Notes: generated from the sequence alone by a model not told the origin. Positions 13,350 to 25,655 are shown, counted from the first letter of the stretch. The stretch: 64,000 nucleotides of DNA from Chara braunii (GCA_003427395.1 BFEA01000013.1:1159891-1223890), one strand, 5' to 3'. Numbers and translations: made by a program.

Positions 13350-13402
13350 GACTGTCGATGTGTAGCCTCCTGATGAGTCGGTGAAAATCCGACGAAATAG
13401 TC
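13350..13402 (+). ncRNA. Type III hammerhead ribozyme
   Basis: GACUGU-C(13356) / stem I GAUG-UGUAG-CCUC / CUGAUGA (13370-13376) / stem II GUCGG-UGAAAAU-CCGAC / GAAA (13394-13397) / AUAGUC closing stem III. All core nucleotides are present; there is one U.C mismatch in stem I. Confidence 0.85.
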
Positions 13403-15289
13403 TACTGGTGCAACCAGTTCGTTAACGAACGGGCGCTCACGTGGGATGTGGTCCTACTGGCAACGAGGATCGGATCGAATGCCTGAATCTAAACGAGGTT
13501 ATGGAGATGTGCAGAAAATTGAGATTAAACTGCGTTGTTGCATCTCTGCATAAAACATAACCAGATTCAGGAGCTCGATCCTATCCTTTTTGCTAGTGGG
13601 ACCTCGGTTGTGGAAACAAGAAGGACGAAGGACATAAAGAAAAGGAAAGAATCTAAAACGAAATCCAAAAACAAGAAAAAGAATCTATAGAAAATCTAAA
13701 AAACTTACCTTTTAAAACAATCGCTCGAAAAAACGGGCAGCTGCGAATGACCTTTCCCCTCTGCATTTTGTTGCCTGCCAGTTTGCACTCACTTCTCTTA
13801 TTTCCTTTAGGGTTTTTTTTTTTTTTTTTGCCAATTCTGTTGGCTTAAAGCCAACGGTCACACCACGGCCCCCCAAAACACAACCCGGGGTTCGAGTCCA
13901 GCGGAAAGGGGAAAAAAAAAAAAAAAAAAAAACAACAACGAAGAAGAACATTCTCTCGATTTATGCGTATCAACCTTGTGTAGGCCATGCTACGGATTTT
14001 CGCCGTGCGATCTCAACGATCGTTCGATCGAAATCGGCCACGTCGGATTGTTCCCCGGTGGGCTGCTCCAAAAGGAGCTGGCCCAATAGTGTCATGACGG
14101 ATTCGATCCTAGTATCCGCTGGGTGAGAACCTGGCATGATATCCTACCGGGCTAGCTCCTATTTCACACCTAATAGGAGCAACCCTTCAGTATGAAGGGC
14201 TATGCCCAGTGGAAAACGCCAACCCATAGCCAGCAGGCCTCTGCCTGCTCGAGTCCTTAGGCTCTGCCTGCCTGTGGCCCTGCAGGTCTTGCCTGCTTGA
14301 GGCTTTAGGCACTGCCTGCCTGTGGCCTTGCAGGTCTCGCCTACTTGAGGCTTAACAGGCCTCACTTGCTGGCCCTGCCCCGTCGGTTGACCGCGTGACC
14401 ATAACTTTACTGGTCACTTAACCAGGTAGGCCTCGACATCGGCTTGTCGACCCCCTGGCTCAAAGTTTTTTCCTGCGGTCAAAAAAAAGAAAGAAAAGCT
14501 TCCTATTCCTCACGCGCCGCGGCCTCATACCTGGCGCGACCGTTCTTTTTAGCCTACTTAGGCTTTGAATCGCGCGCCCGACATTATTTTAGGTAGAATA
14601 GGTTTAACTTTGGCATTCCCATGTCCGCACGCTTCTGCGGCCTCAACAAAAGTGAAACATTGCCAGTTACTATCGTTACTTTCGGATGCTACAAGCGTCC
14701 GGACTAAAGCTAAAAAACTTCAACAAAAGAGTCGGACAACAATCATAGGTTCAGTATGAATGAACTTTTGGCAGGCAACAATCTCATCAAGTTCTTTAAT
14801 TCAACGAAAGAGTCGGACAACGTCCGACGTTTAAAAGTCCCCGACAAATACCCTTGTCAGGGTATTTGCCCCGACATCGGTTCGCGTGCGGGTCCGATAG
14901 AGGCGTGGGACCACGCGTACCCCCCGATGCTACAGCGTATGAGAAACGCACTCGGCTGGCCCACCTCTGCGATTGCAACTGATTAGCTTTCGTATTGTGG
15001 ACTGGTAGCTCGGCGGGGATACGGCCACCGGAGGGAGGTGACAGCTCCAGCAGGTGGAGGTAAGTTTTACCTCTTGTAGGCCCTATCCTGTCATAGGGCC
15101 TTGCAAGAGGTATGGCTGGCGCACTCGGCCAGAGCAGTTGCTGAAGCTGCATTAGTATCATGATATGACCAACTCCTGCGTGATGCGGCCGGGAGGGTCC
15201 CCTTGTGGGACCGATGCGCTTGACACCGTTTCACTCCCGCCGGCCTAAATTCGAGGTTCTTCGAGAATAACTCAATTTACAATAGGATC

Positions 15290-18200
15290 TCAACCTTTCT
15301 TCAGTCTTTCGTAGGCACGGACTATGTCGGGAGCAGTCTTTAGAAGTTCTGTCCGTGTAAACAAGCGATCGTCCTCTGACTCTTGGTAAGAAAATCTGAC
15401 TTTGTACTGTTTCTGTGGACGACCGCCACCTCCTGTTCTGAATTCGTCTTCATCTACTATGCGATCAATGTTGTACCTTCCGTCCATATCTGAAGGGATC
15501 ATCGATCTCCTTGACGAAAATTGTTCACTCCTTGTGCAAGGTAACAACTTTGATGCATGGAAAACTAGATATGTATGGAGGTGTGTCGGGATCTCTATCG
15601 TGTAGGACGGCCCATCATCTTTGCCCTTGACTTCTAGGACTGGCCACGGTCCTCTATATGCAGGCAACAATTTTTGTGAGATGTTCTCCTCAAGAGCAAA
15701 CTCTTTAGACTTAACCCAGACTAAGCCGCCTACTTGGAACTGTGACGGGCGACTATGTTTATTGGCTTGCTCTATCATCCTCTGCTGGCCTTTCTTGAGG
15801 TTCTCTACCACTTTAGCAATTTCTTTCTCCTGTTGTAATGCGAACTCCCTAGTGTCGGGCGGTAACCTCTGAATCTGGGCCCAGTTTAGTCCCTCAAACG
15901 GTCTGCGAGGTCTAAAGGACTTGTGTAATTCGCTGGGAGTGCGACAGGTGGCAAGGTGAATGCTGTTATTGTAAGCACTGGCTACCTTTGGGAGCATGTC
16001 GTCCCTGTTGACTTGATCGGGTCTAATGTACATTCTGAGAACTTGTTGCAGGATCTTGTTCATCTGTTCGGTCCGATTGTTAGCCTCTGGGTGGCTGTCA
16101 GACGACATCAACAACTTAGAACTGAATACTCTCATAAGCTCCTGCCAGTTCTGACTAGTGAACCTGGCATCTCTATCACTAACTATCGACAGCGGTAGAC
16201 CATGCTCACTGACCCAATGATCAAAGAACTTCTCTATCACTAGATTCGTACGTGCCTCGGCAGGCAACGAGACAAAAACTGCATATTTGGGAAATTTGTC
16301 AACTATAACCATGACTTGGCTCTTGCCATGCCTGCTCCTCACCCCAGTATCCATGAAATCAATCTACAGAATCTTCGGGTCCTGACGGGATAGGCAGGGG
16401 TCTGAGAAGACCCAACGGGGATCGCGTTGTAGTTTCATTGCGTTGGCACACCTTGCTACTACGCACATACTCTATACAGTCAACTTTCATGCCAGGCCAC
16501 GTTTAGGCACGCATCAAGTTGGCGAGTGTCGTTTGCCAACTGAAGTGCCCTTCTGTATCGTGACATTCCCCTAGGATCAAACTACAGATCTCCTCCTCGC
16601 TATTGGGAATGCATAACCAATCTACGACGTCTGTTTTCTCGAATAACAATCCATTAGTGGTGCGGTAGTGAGGTTCACTGGTTGGGTCCTCCTTGACTCT
16701 CTTAAGGAGGTCGCTATAGATAGGGTCCTGCCCATACCCATGTATAACTTTTTGCTGTAAGTCCGACCCGATATCTAGATAGTGAACTATAGTTCCAAAG
16801 TAGTTGGCTCTTCTACTAAGGGCGTTTACAACCACATTGTACTTCCCTTTGATTGGCTTGAGCTCAAAGTCAAACTGATCTATCTTTGCGGCCCACCTAG
16901 TACGCTTAGGTGTCATTTTGGCCTGCGTCTTCAACCACCTCAATGTCTCGTGATCTGAATAGACTTTGAAGTGCCTCCCAAGCAAGTAGTGTCGCCCGTG
17001 ATCTAATGCTTGCCTGAGAGCGTGAAGTTCTCTCTCATAGGTAGCCTCTTTCTTTAGTAGTCTGCAAAAGGGAGCAGCGATTGCAAAGAAGTTTCTCACG
17101 AACTTCATGTAATAGTTAGCCAATCCTAGGAACAATCTCAACTCAGCTAGTGTACGAGGAGTTGGACAGTCTCTGATCGTTGCGATCTTGCTGTCCTCAG
17201 GCTTTTTGCCATCACCATCTAAAACGTGGCCCAAGTACAGGATCTTTGTCTTGGCCCATTCACACTTATTTGCGTTGATCTTGAAATTTGCGTCACGCAA
17301 CTTTTCCTAAGTAAACAACTAAGTAAACAACTACAAATGTATCTAACCGCGACCTAAACAAAGCATTCATACAGCGCTGGAATTTGGTTGGTGCAATGGT
17401 TAGTCCAAAGGGCATCACTATAAACTCGTAATGCCCATATCTAGTCTTGAATGTCGTTTTGTACTAATCATCAAGGTGGACCTCTATCTGCTGGTACCTT
17501 GACTTCAAATCTATCTTGGAGAAGTACTTGCAGCCCTGCACTCGATCCAACAAATCATCTATACGGGGCAGTGGTTCAGGATTCTTTGCTGTAACATCGT
17601 TGAGACCCTGTAGTCAATGCACATTTTAAGCTCTCCCTCTTTCTTGGGGACAAAAAGAACAGGTGCTCCAAATAGAGACGAACTGGGCCTAATCCACTGC
17701 TTCTCGAGGAGCTCGTCTAACTGTTTGCGTAGCTCCTCCAACTCCTTGGGAGACATCCTATACACTGCTCCCTTGGGAGTCTTATTGCCATGCTCTATTT
17801 CAATGCGGTGCTGGATAGGACGCGGAACTACTCCTGAGGGAGCCTTTAACAGGTTGGCATACTTTTCCAGCAACTTGTCAATACGGGGGTTAGTTGGTTC
17901 CTCTTTGTTAGGCTCAGTGATAGACTTAACATAGGCCACAAAGACCCTGTTGTTCTAGTTGATCCTTCTTCACTAATAGCGCGCACGTGGGAGCACCGAG
18001 ACAACAATCTGCCAGCGGGTTATCTACTCCTGACACATGAAACAGGTGAGCCGTAGTGACGTCGCCTGAAGTACTAAGAAGCCTACACTCATGCTCTTTT
18101 AAACCACCAGTACACCCGAGGCTATTTGTACGAACCTGAATTTTCAATTTTGTCGAGCCTGGAAGCAACCGGTACCACCACGTGGAAAATTGAGGGTGGT

Positions 18201-19703
18201 ACCGGTACCAGCCTTTCTCGGATTGAGTGTTGCACCTGCTGCCAGCAGATGGTACAAACAAGAGGCCATTGTTTTCACTCGTTCGCCCCCCCTTGCAAAA
18301 CTCTCCTGCAAGCCCACCCATGTATCTGGCCTTTCCCGCACAACAGATACAACAGGGCAACAATAGATAACAAGGTAAGTACTTTGGTTTCTCTTTTTTT
18401 TCTTTTTTTTCCCTTTTTCTTGTTGCCCTGCCAACAGGGCAGGGCGCAGTGCAGCTTCTGCACCCGAATTAGTGCAGTGGCGGGTACAGTGGCAGGGATT
18501 TTCAAAACAACATCACGGGCTCGATGCATGTGGCCGTAGGTGCAACCCAATTCCATGGTAAAAGACACAACAGCATGCTGGCCCTATTGCCATCAGATTC
18601 AACCACATCTGGCTGTAATTGTAGCCAGATACATTTAGTAAAGTGCTACCATGAGTTTGCAGTAAGGGAAAAGAAAAAAAGGAAGTCCGGCGGGGATCTG
18701 AATCTGCCAACCAGACATGGCTTGCCCTTCTCTAACTGCACCTGTTTGTTTCCTCGAAACGGGTGCAAATTCAGCAAAACAAACAAAAGAAAGCGGTAAG
18801 CAAGTGTCTCTCGTTGATACAGCTGGTGTCCGTGGAAACAGGCACCTGCCTTGTTTCTGGAGACCTGTCTGCCTCTAGAAACGAGGCAGGCACCTGTTTC
18901 AGCGGGTGCCAGCATTCTTTTTTATGGGTTTTTTTTTTTCATCTTTAGTTTTCTTTCGTCTCCACCTTTGTTTTCACATATGGAAACAAACTAGTACGAG
19001 AACTTGTAGTCCAGCGTCCTTTTCCAGTGGGCCCATGAGCTCTTTTTCCCGTCGCTCTACCTAGCCTCCCCCGAGCCCCGAGATTTCCTTGTGGCGATAA
19101 GTTTGTTTTGCTGCAAGGCTGGGGCCGTGTACTGCTGGTTTAAATGCAATGTGGCTCCTGCTGCCTCTCCCCAGTCCATTCCTAGAATTATGTCAAACAG
19201 GAGGTTGTCCTCCACGAGGAAAGTCAGGGAATGGAGAACCCTCTCTACCTTTCCATCTTTATCCAGGCGAAAGTACGTCTGGACTCCCTCGACATAATCC
19301 GCGATTCACATAGTGCGATTGTCTACGAGGATACTGACTATGGGTTCTTCTAACTTTTGGACCTTTAGATTCAGCTTTAGCTTCTTCAGCGCTTTACGAC
19401 TAATATAGCTACGGGTGGCCCCACTATCTATAAGGCCCCCACCCTGCCTCCAAAGACTTCTACATCTACTAACAATACCTGTCCTTTTCCATCTTTCTTC
19501 ATCTTGGCCCAGACTGGCATCCTCTCCTTCAACTCTTCTGCCAGTCCTATGAGAGAAGCGCCTAGAGAGACTCTAACATAAGCAGTCTCTGGACAGCTAA
19601 CTAGGCGCTGGCCAGCAACCTCTGCCATAGGCTCATGTGGGTTGGGAGTTTCTATGTGGCGCGCACGCTCTTCTCCACATGCCCAACGATTCCCAGGGTC
19701 CAA
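15290..19703 (-). pseudogene. pol of element A: protease, RT, RNase H, integrase, chromodomain (disrupted)
   Basis: GAL*DSGAT protease; WIRPSSSLFGAPVLFVPKKEGELKMCIDYR RT; FLGLANYY and YERELHAL...YSDH RNase H; HDTEGH zinc region; IVSDRDARFTS and RTEQMN integrase; C-terminal YNIDRIVD...YKVRF chromodomain. Contains stops, frameshifts, deletions and a MITE insertion. Confidence 0.92.
18103..19139. mobile_element. Non-autonomous TIR element (~1.04 kb) with TTAA TSD inserted in pol of A
   Basis: TTAA-ACCACCAGTACAC ... GTGTACTGCTGGT-TTAA. Excision restores ...ATLHLKEHECRLL... in frame. Confidence 0.88.
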
Positions 19704-19724
19704 GGGTAAGGGCAGTTGTTACCC

Positions 19725-21452
19725 CTACCAGCGGTTGCCTTTTGCTGCCTCTGCAGCAGCTCGTCGGACATCTCTATATTTTGGGCAGTACTTTATGATG
19801 TGCCCAGGGTCACCGCAATAAATGCATTGAACCACATATATCCTCCTTTGCCAAACTTTTTGTTCCATGCCCAACGATTCCCAGGGTCTGCCTTGAGGTA
19901 GACCAGGGTGCCATTCACCCCTCCTGGGAGGTGATCGGTTAGCACGAGGACGGTTTTGCAGGGGACCTTGACCTCTTCCTCCCTCTTGGCGGTTTCCTCT
20001 GCCGCCAACCCCTTGGCCGCTTTGTCCTCGACCACCAGAGGCCTGGCCCCCTTGGCCTCGACCTCTTCCCCTTCCTTGCGACCTCATTTTGATTGTGACA
20101 GCAACATAAGTACTCCCCTGGCATATACCACTGTCCACCTCATCCAGGCCCCACTCAATCTTGCTATATGGGACCTCTTTCATACCACCTTCGTCTAAAG
20201 TAAGGATCAAATGATCCTTGGCCCTGACTTGGCCTGAGACGGTACGACCCTTCCACTTTTTGCCTTTATCTAGGTCCTTGTGCCAGAAAGTGGAAATTGG
20301 CGTTGACAAGGCTTCGTAAGCAAGAACGTCTCTGCGAAACGCGTCGTATGTCATATTGGGTTGTTGCTTTTTGTCGAAGAAGTGCCCGTGCAGAGTCTCA
20401 GGCATAGCGCGAAATAATAACTGGACCAGTTGGGGCTCAGCGACCCCATGGTCAGGGACGACAGCAAGTTCGTCCGTAGTGCCTTTGAGTGCTCTTGCAC
20501 TCTTCCAAGGTCGTGAGTGGGTCGTTTCCAATTCGTTAGAAGCCCTAAGGCCTCTAGTGAGATTTGCAAATCGATCGCGGAGAGCTTTGAGGAATTCACT
20601 CAAAGGTGTAATAGCGGAGTATGCGACCATATCATTATCACACTTGGCGGCGTGGGCTAACGATCTGCCGAAGTTGGATGCCTTGTCTCTGAGGGCGTGA
20701 AAGATCACGAGGACTTGTTCCTCGGGCACGATATCCTGGAGGTGCACATAGGAATTAATGTTTGCCTCCCAGTTATCGAAGTTGTCTCCCTTTTTTCCAT
20801 TGTAGGGATCAGGGAATTTCACCTTCACTCGTTCCTTGCGTGGGCGTGCTTCCTCCTCCTTTGGGGCTGCTATCTTGGCGCCTTCTATGTCGCCTGCACA
20901 AAATCTCTCTGTATTTTCTAATCGTGCATGCATTTCAGTGCCCACGCGCATCATCATGTCATGTGCAAAGTCTCTAAACCCTAAGCATATGGACTGCAGG
21001 GCTATATCATGGCCCTCGGATAGTGCATTTGCTCTTGCTGTGCCCTCAACATCACTTCTACATTTTGGGCTAAGATCTCCACTTTGTTTCGGAGATCTAC
21101 CTGCGTCGCGAGTCGCCCATGTTGCTCCCCTGCTGCTGCTAACTCCTCCTCTATCTCAGATGCTGCCTTCAATCACCTCCTTCTTTCCCTTGTGAGGCGC
21201 AACTTCCACTACATCTTATTTTCATCCTCCACTGCCTGACGCTGTAGGGGATCTTTCTCTGCTTGGATTTCTTTTATCATCGCCTCTCTCTCTTTCTGGA
21301 GAACATACATCATGGCTTCCTCATCTTCTCCTAGGGACAGGTTCGCCACCCACTCTGTCACCATCTTCTCCATCTGTTTATCTTCTTTGCTCACGCCACT
21401 TGACTCCCTTCTCTCTTTTGTCCTCACATTCCGATGTAGGGGAGTCGCAACT

Positions 21453-21484
<32 letters not shown>

Positions 21485-21710
21485 TTCTTCTTCAACGACT
21501 GCTGCAACTGCTTCCTTTTCTTTTTTGCAGCCGTTTTAGTTCTTCCTCCAGCTCTTTCTCCTTCTTGGCCTTCTCTGCCAAGAGAGCCACCTTCTTTGCC
21601 TTTTTCTCCAATTCCTTCTTCTCCTTTCTGGTCTTTTGCTCTGCCAGAATCTTCGCGGCCTCCTCCTGCTCCTTCGTATGGGGAGTGTTCCCTGTACCAC
21701 CCCTCGTCAT
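19725..21710 (-). pseudogene. gag of element A
   Basis: Charged N-terminus (MTRGGTGNTP...), KVKFPDPYNGKKGDNFDNWE capsid-like motif, RGG-rich tract and CCHC knuckle CIYCGDPGHIIKYC. Frameshifts and stops occur upstream of 20957. Confidence 0.85.
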
Positions 21711-22806
21711 GACTCTACACAAAAACGTGTGCCAGAAGCCCAAGGGAAACAGGAGACGCCTGAGGGTCCCCCACAAGGAGAACCCCTCGAGCAAGGAATA
21801 CATCGGGTAGCCGTTCATGGTGTCAAGTGCACAACCAGTGGCAACTCCACTCCCCATCACGTAAACTTACACACAGACCGACTAACTGATTGACTCTATT
21901 CTAAGCTACAGCTACTACTACGGGTGTCACTACAGGACTCTACTGCTGATCAGGAGGCATTTAAGGAGATCCCCCGTAACTCCTCAGGAATTCTTTAACG
22001 TCGCAGTCGGGACGACGCGATCAGAGAGTCCTCTCAAGACTTAGACAGCTGGTTGTGCAGCCTGCAGCTCGGATTTTGGGCCTACCATGCCACACTGAGC
22101 AGCCCGGCATTCTGTAACGGTTCTTGGGAGGGTTAGGCCTTCGGGACGTGTCGGTCATTATACATGGACTTAAGACGTACTCAGCCCATGCAAGTTTGGT
22201 CAATGCAGCTCTACAAACCTCATGCACAGAGTCCTATCACCTAGACAGAAGCGACTCAATGCAGAAAGAAGAGACAGACAGACTCAGCAAGTACCAAGGG
22301 GTAAGTGTACATCCATAGGGCAAGGTGATAGGCTGAAGGCTTGACGAGGTTATAACAACTCAAGCTTGGTCAAATTCTTGGTCAACGGCTCCCGTCAATG
22401 CTGGTCAACGCCTGTCAACTTGGTCACCACCTTGCTCAAACTCCTCGATGTTGGTCAAACTTCGGTCTTGGTCAACCGTTGACCTTTCGGCTATGGCTGT
22501 CGACCTCCTCGACCTCCTTTGCCAACCTCTTCTCTTTCTTCTCCCCCTTATCTTCTTCTCGCCCCTCCTTGACTATGGCTTCTTCTTCCTTGCTCATCTC
22601 TCCTTCCTCCTTACTTCCTCTCTCTCCTGCTTCTTCGTCACTCCCGATCTCTTTCTCTCCGTGTCCGAGCTTGGCGGCTATGGCCGCCACCTTTTTCCTT
22701 TGAGGCTGTCACAACCAATCTTGTATCTTTCCTCTCTCTCTCTCTCTCCCTCTCTTTCTTCTCTTTCCTCGTCGTCGTCGTGCGTCACCAATCTTTTGTC
22801 GCTCAA

Positions 22807-22897
<91 letters not shown>

Positions 22898-22943
22898 NNN
22901 NNNNNNNNNNNNNNNNNNNNNNNNNNNNNNNNNNNNNNNNNNN

Positions 22944-23035
<92 letters not shown>

Positions 23036-24226
23036 ACGGTGCAACAAGCATGCCCGTTCTTCTCGGTCATGGCACAGCGGCTGTCTCCCAAAACAGCGGT
23101 CTTCCTTCTCGACGTTTGTCTTCTCACATGCGCGGCGATTCCTCTCGGACGTGGCGGCCTTCTCCTCCGATCCCGCGATACACGAACGACGTGTGACCTT
23201 CCCCCGACTGTACGACGGGATAGCGGGCATCGGCGCGCACACGGACCTATCGAGCACCAGCGGGGCAGCAACGTGCGATTCCTAACCTACAGACCTACTG
23301 TTCAAAACCCAACGACCAGACTACCTACAGCAAGCAACAGGCGGCTTCCAAGACACAGGCCGCGGGTTCAAGCACACAAGGGGCAACTGATACTGTACAC
23401 GGGTAAGGGCAAGGTCTGGGAATCGAGCCCTGGGAACGGCATCTGCTACCGTAAAGGTGAAAACTGTTTCAGGATTCTCAAAATTTCAGATTTTTCTGCA
23501 GATTCCTCCGAGCACAGAAAATCGACAAAGTTGCCTCTTGCACAACGCCTGTTTCGTTGCGCCTGACGTCCCTGTTTTGAGAAGACTGGCCTCAAAGCCT
23601 GGGCCTGAGGGCCTTTTTGCAGTTCACATGCCCTCACTTTTTTTGGGGGTCCGCTTCCACCCGAGGACCGATCCTTCCTTTTTCCAAAGTCCCGGTTCTA
23701 CAAGAGCTAGCTGTAGGTAGTCCGCAATATCTTGAGGATCGGTCCCCCAATTTCTTCCCCCCCCCCCCACTAAGAGCCCACTTGCATTGTGGTGGCCCGC
23801 CGCCAAAAATGCGACACCTTGACACAGATGCTGAAGCCCACTATACCGCAGCCTTAGGGCTGCGAATTTGGTGTCTGCATAGTGGAATGCCTTTCACCTT
23901 GTTTGAAAGAAAATAAAGGGTAAAGGCCAGGTATCATCATTGAATTGACCGGGCCCAGGTTATTTCATTCAACTGATCACATCCGGATTTGAAGTCTGGT
24001 CTGCATATCAACAGTTCACCGGTGTACCATTCAGCCACATGGGCTGGGTGGAACCTTCTTTCTTTAGTTTTTGAACAGTGGTGAAAAGCCGAGGTACAAA
24101 TCCCATGGTATGTGTGGCGCATCAAAAAGAATGTCTCAAATTTCAATGAAATGGCTATTCATTGAGCATGTTCAAGCATGTGAACTCCTTATCTGTGTTT
24201 CTTAGCTTTGTGTGATTACTGGACGG

Positions 24227-24756
24227 CAGTGTTGCACACGCCGACGGTCGGGGGCCGTTGACTGGTCGGCACTTACCGGTCGGGGGTTGTCGGCACCCCT
24301 TTTTTTTTTTTTTTTTTAGAAGGGTCCAGAACCCCTAATAACCCCACAACACCCCNNNNNNNNNNNNNNNNNNNNNNNNNNNNNNNNNNNNNNNNNNNNN
24401 NNNNNNNNNNNNNNNNNNNNNNNNNNNNNNNNNNNNNNNNNNNNNNNNNNNNNNNNNNNNNNNNNNNNNNNNNNNNNNNNNNNNNNNNNNNNNNNNNNNN
24501 NNNNNNNNNNNNNNNNNNNCTATACCACCCCTATATCCCCCCCAATACTTCCCCCTCAACCCCCTCGTATCCCCCCTCATCCCCAAAAGTGTCTCAGTTG
24601 ATTTGGGCTGTATTCACCAAGCGCAGTGCAGCCCCCAACTCAGATTTGAAATAAAAAAAGTGGATGGCTGTTTTCTGACTGGTCGGCAGACCGCCGACCG
24701 GTCGGCTGTAGTACGGTCGGCAGTTGGGGTAGGCGGTTGGCGGGTATGCAACCCTG
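24227..24756. mobile_element. hAT-like MITE (contains an assembly gap)
   Basis: Imperfect TIRs CAGTGTTGCACAC / GTATGCAACCCTG, subterminal GGTCGG motifs and a degenerate 8-bp flank match (CTGGACGG / ATGGATGT). Confidence 0.5.
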
Positions 24757-25032
24757 ATGGATGTTTTTTTCCTTTAAAAATAAATGGGGCAATGGCCTTG
24801 AGATATCATCGTTGAAGTTCGGACTGACTGGCACCAGGTAAATCAGAGTTAATTTTACTCTCCATCGGATTCCATCGAGATTTGGACTCAGGTCTGTATG
24901 TCAACAATTCATGTGTGTACCGACTGACCTAGGCCAGTTGGTTATGGTTCGTCATACTGGATTCTACTCGCTGGTTTCCCAGTCTTTTGTTGTTCACACA
25001 CACAAAAAAAATCTCAGTTTTTTTTTGTTTCG

Positions 25033-25063
<31 letters not shown>

Positions 25064-25085
25064 GGGTGTATGTGTACACCGGGGG

Positions 25086-25119
<34 letters not shown>

Positions 25120-25445
25120 GAGGGCAGATCCCGTTAGCACGGCTCAAACGGCCCATGCAGGCAATCTGGAGGATCCTCGCAGCACTAAACTGCAGACCCT
25201 CCATCGAAATCGAGGCCGGTAGTGAGTATCGTTTCGTTTTTTTTTGACAAAACCAGGATCCTTTCTATTGGTGGGGAGCAGCACCTGCTGGGAGCGTCCC
25301 TTATAACAACAAAGTTATAAAACATTTTGCACTCGAGATGTTATTTCTGTGGGTGCATCAGAATTCAGATGTCATTTCTGTGTGTGCATTTGAATTCAGT
25401 GGGGGGATCGGTGATGGTGCGGCCTCTGACATTGCACCTTTGTAG

Positions 25446-25655
25446 GTCTTGCAAGCTGAGGAAGAGGAGAAAGACAGATTGCTAGCTGAAAAGGCTACCT
25501 TGGAGGAAGCAAATATAATGATGGAAGAAGCTGTACGGCAGCAGAGGAAAGACTTCCAGCGGACTAAGCAGACAATGGACAAGCAATTGCATGAGCTTTC
25601 AAGGAATATCCAGGAGAAAGAAGAGCTTATTCAGGAACTTGGAAGAAATGAGGCG
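25446..25655 (+). CDS. Internal exon of host kinesin-4 family (KIF7/KIF27/KIF4-like) gene, coiled-coil stalk
   Basis: tttgtag|GTC...GCG|gtgcgt, 70 codons, VLQAEEEEKDRLL...QTMDKQLHELSRNIQEKEELIQELGRNEA. Resembles kinesin-4 stalk motifs (FRA1 SMDKELHELNRRLEEKE; KIF7 RELAINIRMKEELIGEL, recalled from memory). Confidence 0.8.

Larger units (their letters stand above)
6956..14876 (+). mobile_element. Giant non-coding LTR-like unit G2 (7.9 kb, solo-LTR-like) with 4-bp TSD TCGG
   Basis: Starts TGTCG(AGCGCATCGG) and ends (CC)CGACA. TCGG lies on both sides (6952-6955, 14877-14880). Removing it restores the G1 sequence. Confidence 0.85.
9300..14876. repeat. ~2.7 kb diverged tandem duplication of the G2 terminal segment (units ~9300-12135 and ~12136-14876)
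   Basis: Collinear blocks, e.g. CATTCA(T/C)TCAAGTGAATGGCCCAGCAGC (9771/12643), TTTTAGGTAGAATAGGTTTA (11860/14588) and the terminus AAATACCCTTGTCAGGGTATTTGCCCCGAC (12106/14846). Confidence 0.85.
743..15225 (-). mobile_element. Giant LTR-like unit G1 (TGTCGAG family), split by insertion of G2 at 6956-14876
   Basis: Minus strand starts TGTCAAGCGCATCGG at 15225. 14877-15225 joins 6955 downward collinearly with G3/G4. The other end (743-780, GTCGGTGTGAATACCCTTACAAGGGTAT) is the reverse-complement homolog of the G2 terminus. 5880-6800 is the reverse-complement homolog of 58500-60330. Confidence 0.7.
15226..23471 (-). mobile_element. Ty3/Gypsy chromodomain LTR retrotransposon A (degenerate)
   Basis: gag-PR-RT-RH-INT-CHD order on the minus strand. 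The 5' LTR terminus is ...AAAACTGTTTCA at 23471. The 3' LTR starts CCGTTTCA at 15226-15233 and is interrupted by G1. Confidence 0.9.

Noticed and set aside
22448-23566. Long ORFs with LS/ER repeats or X runs (also near 2045, 27000, 42700, 55150, 61340)
   Set aside because: Artefacts of (CT)n/(GA)n microsatellites and N gaps.
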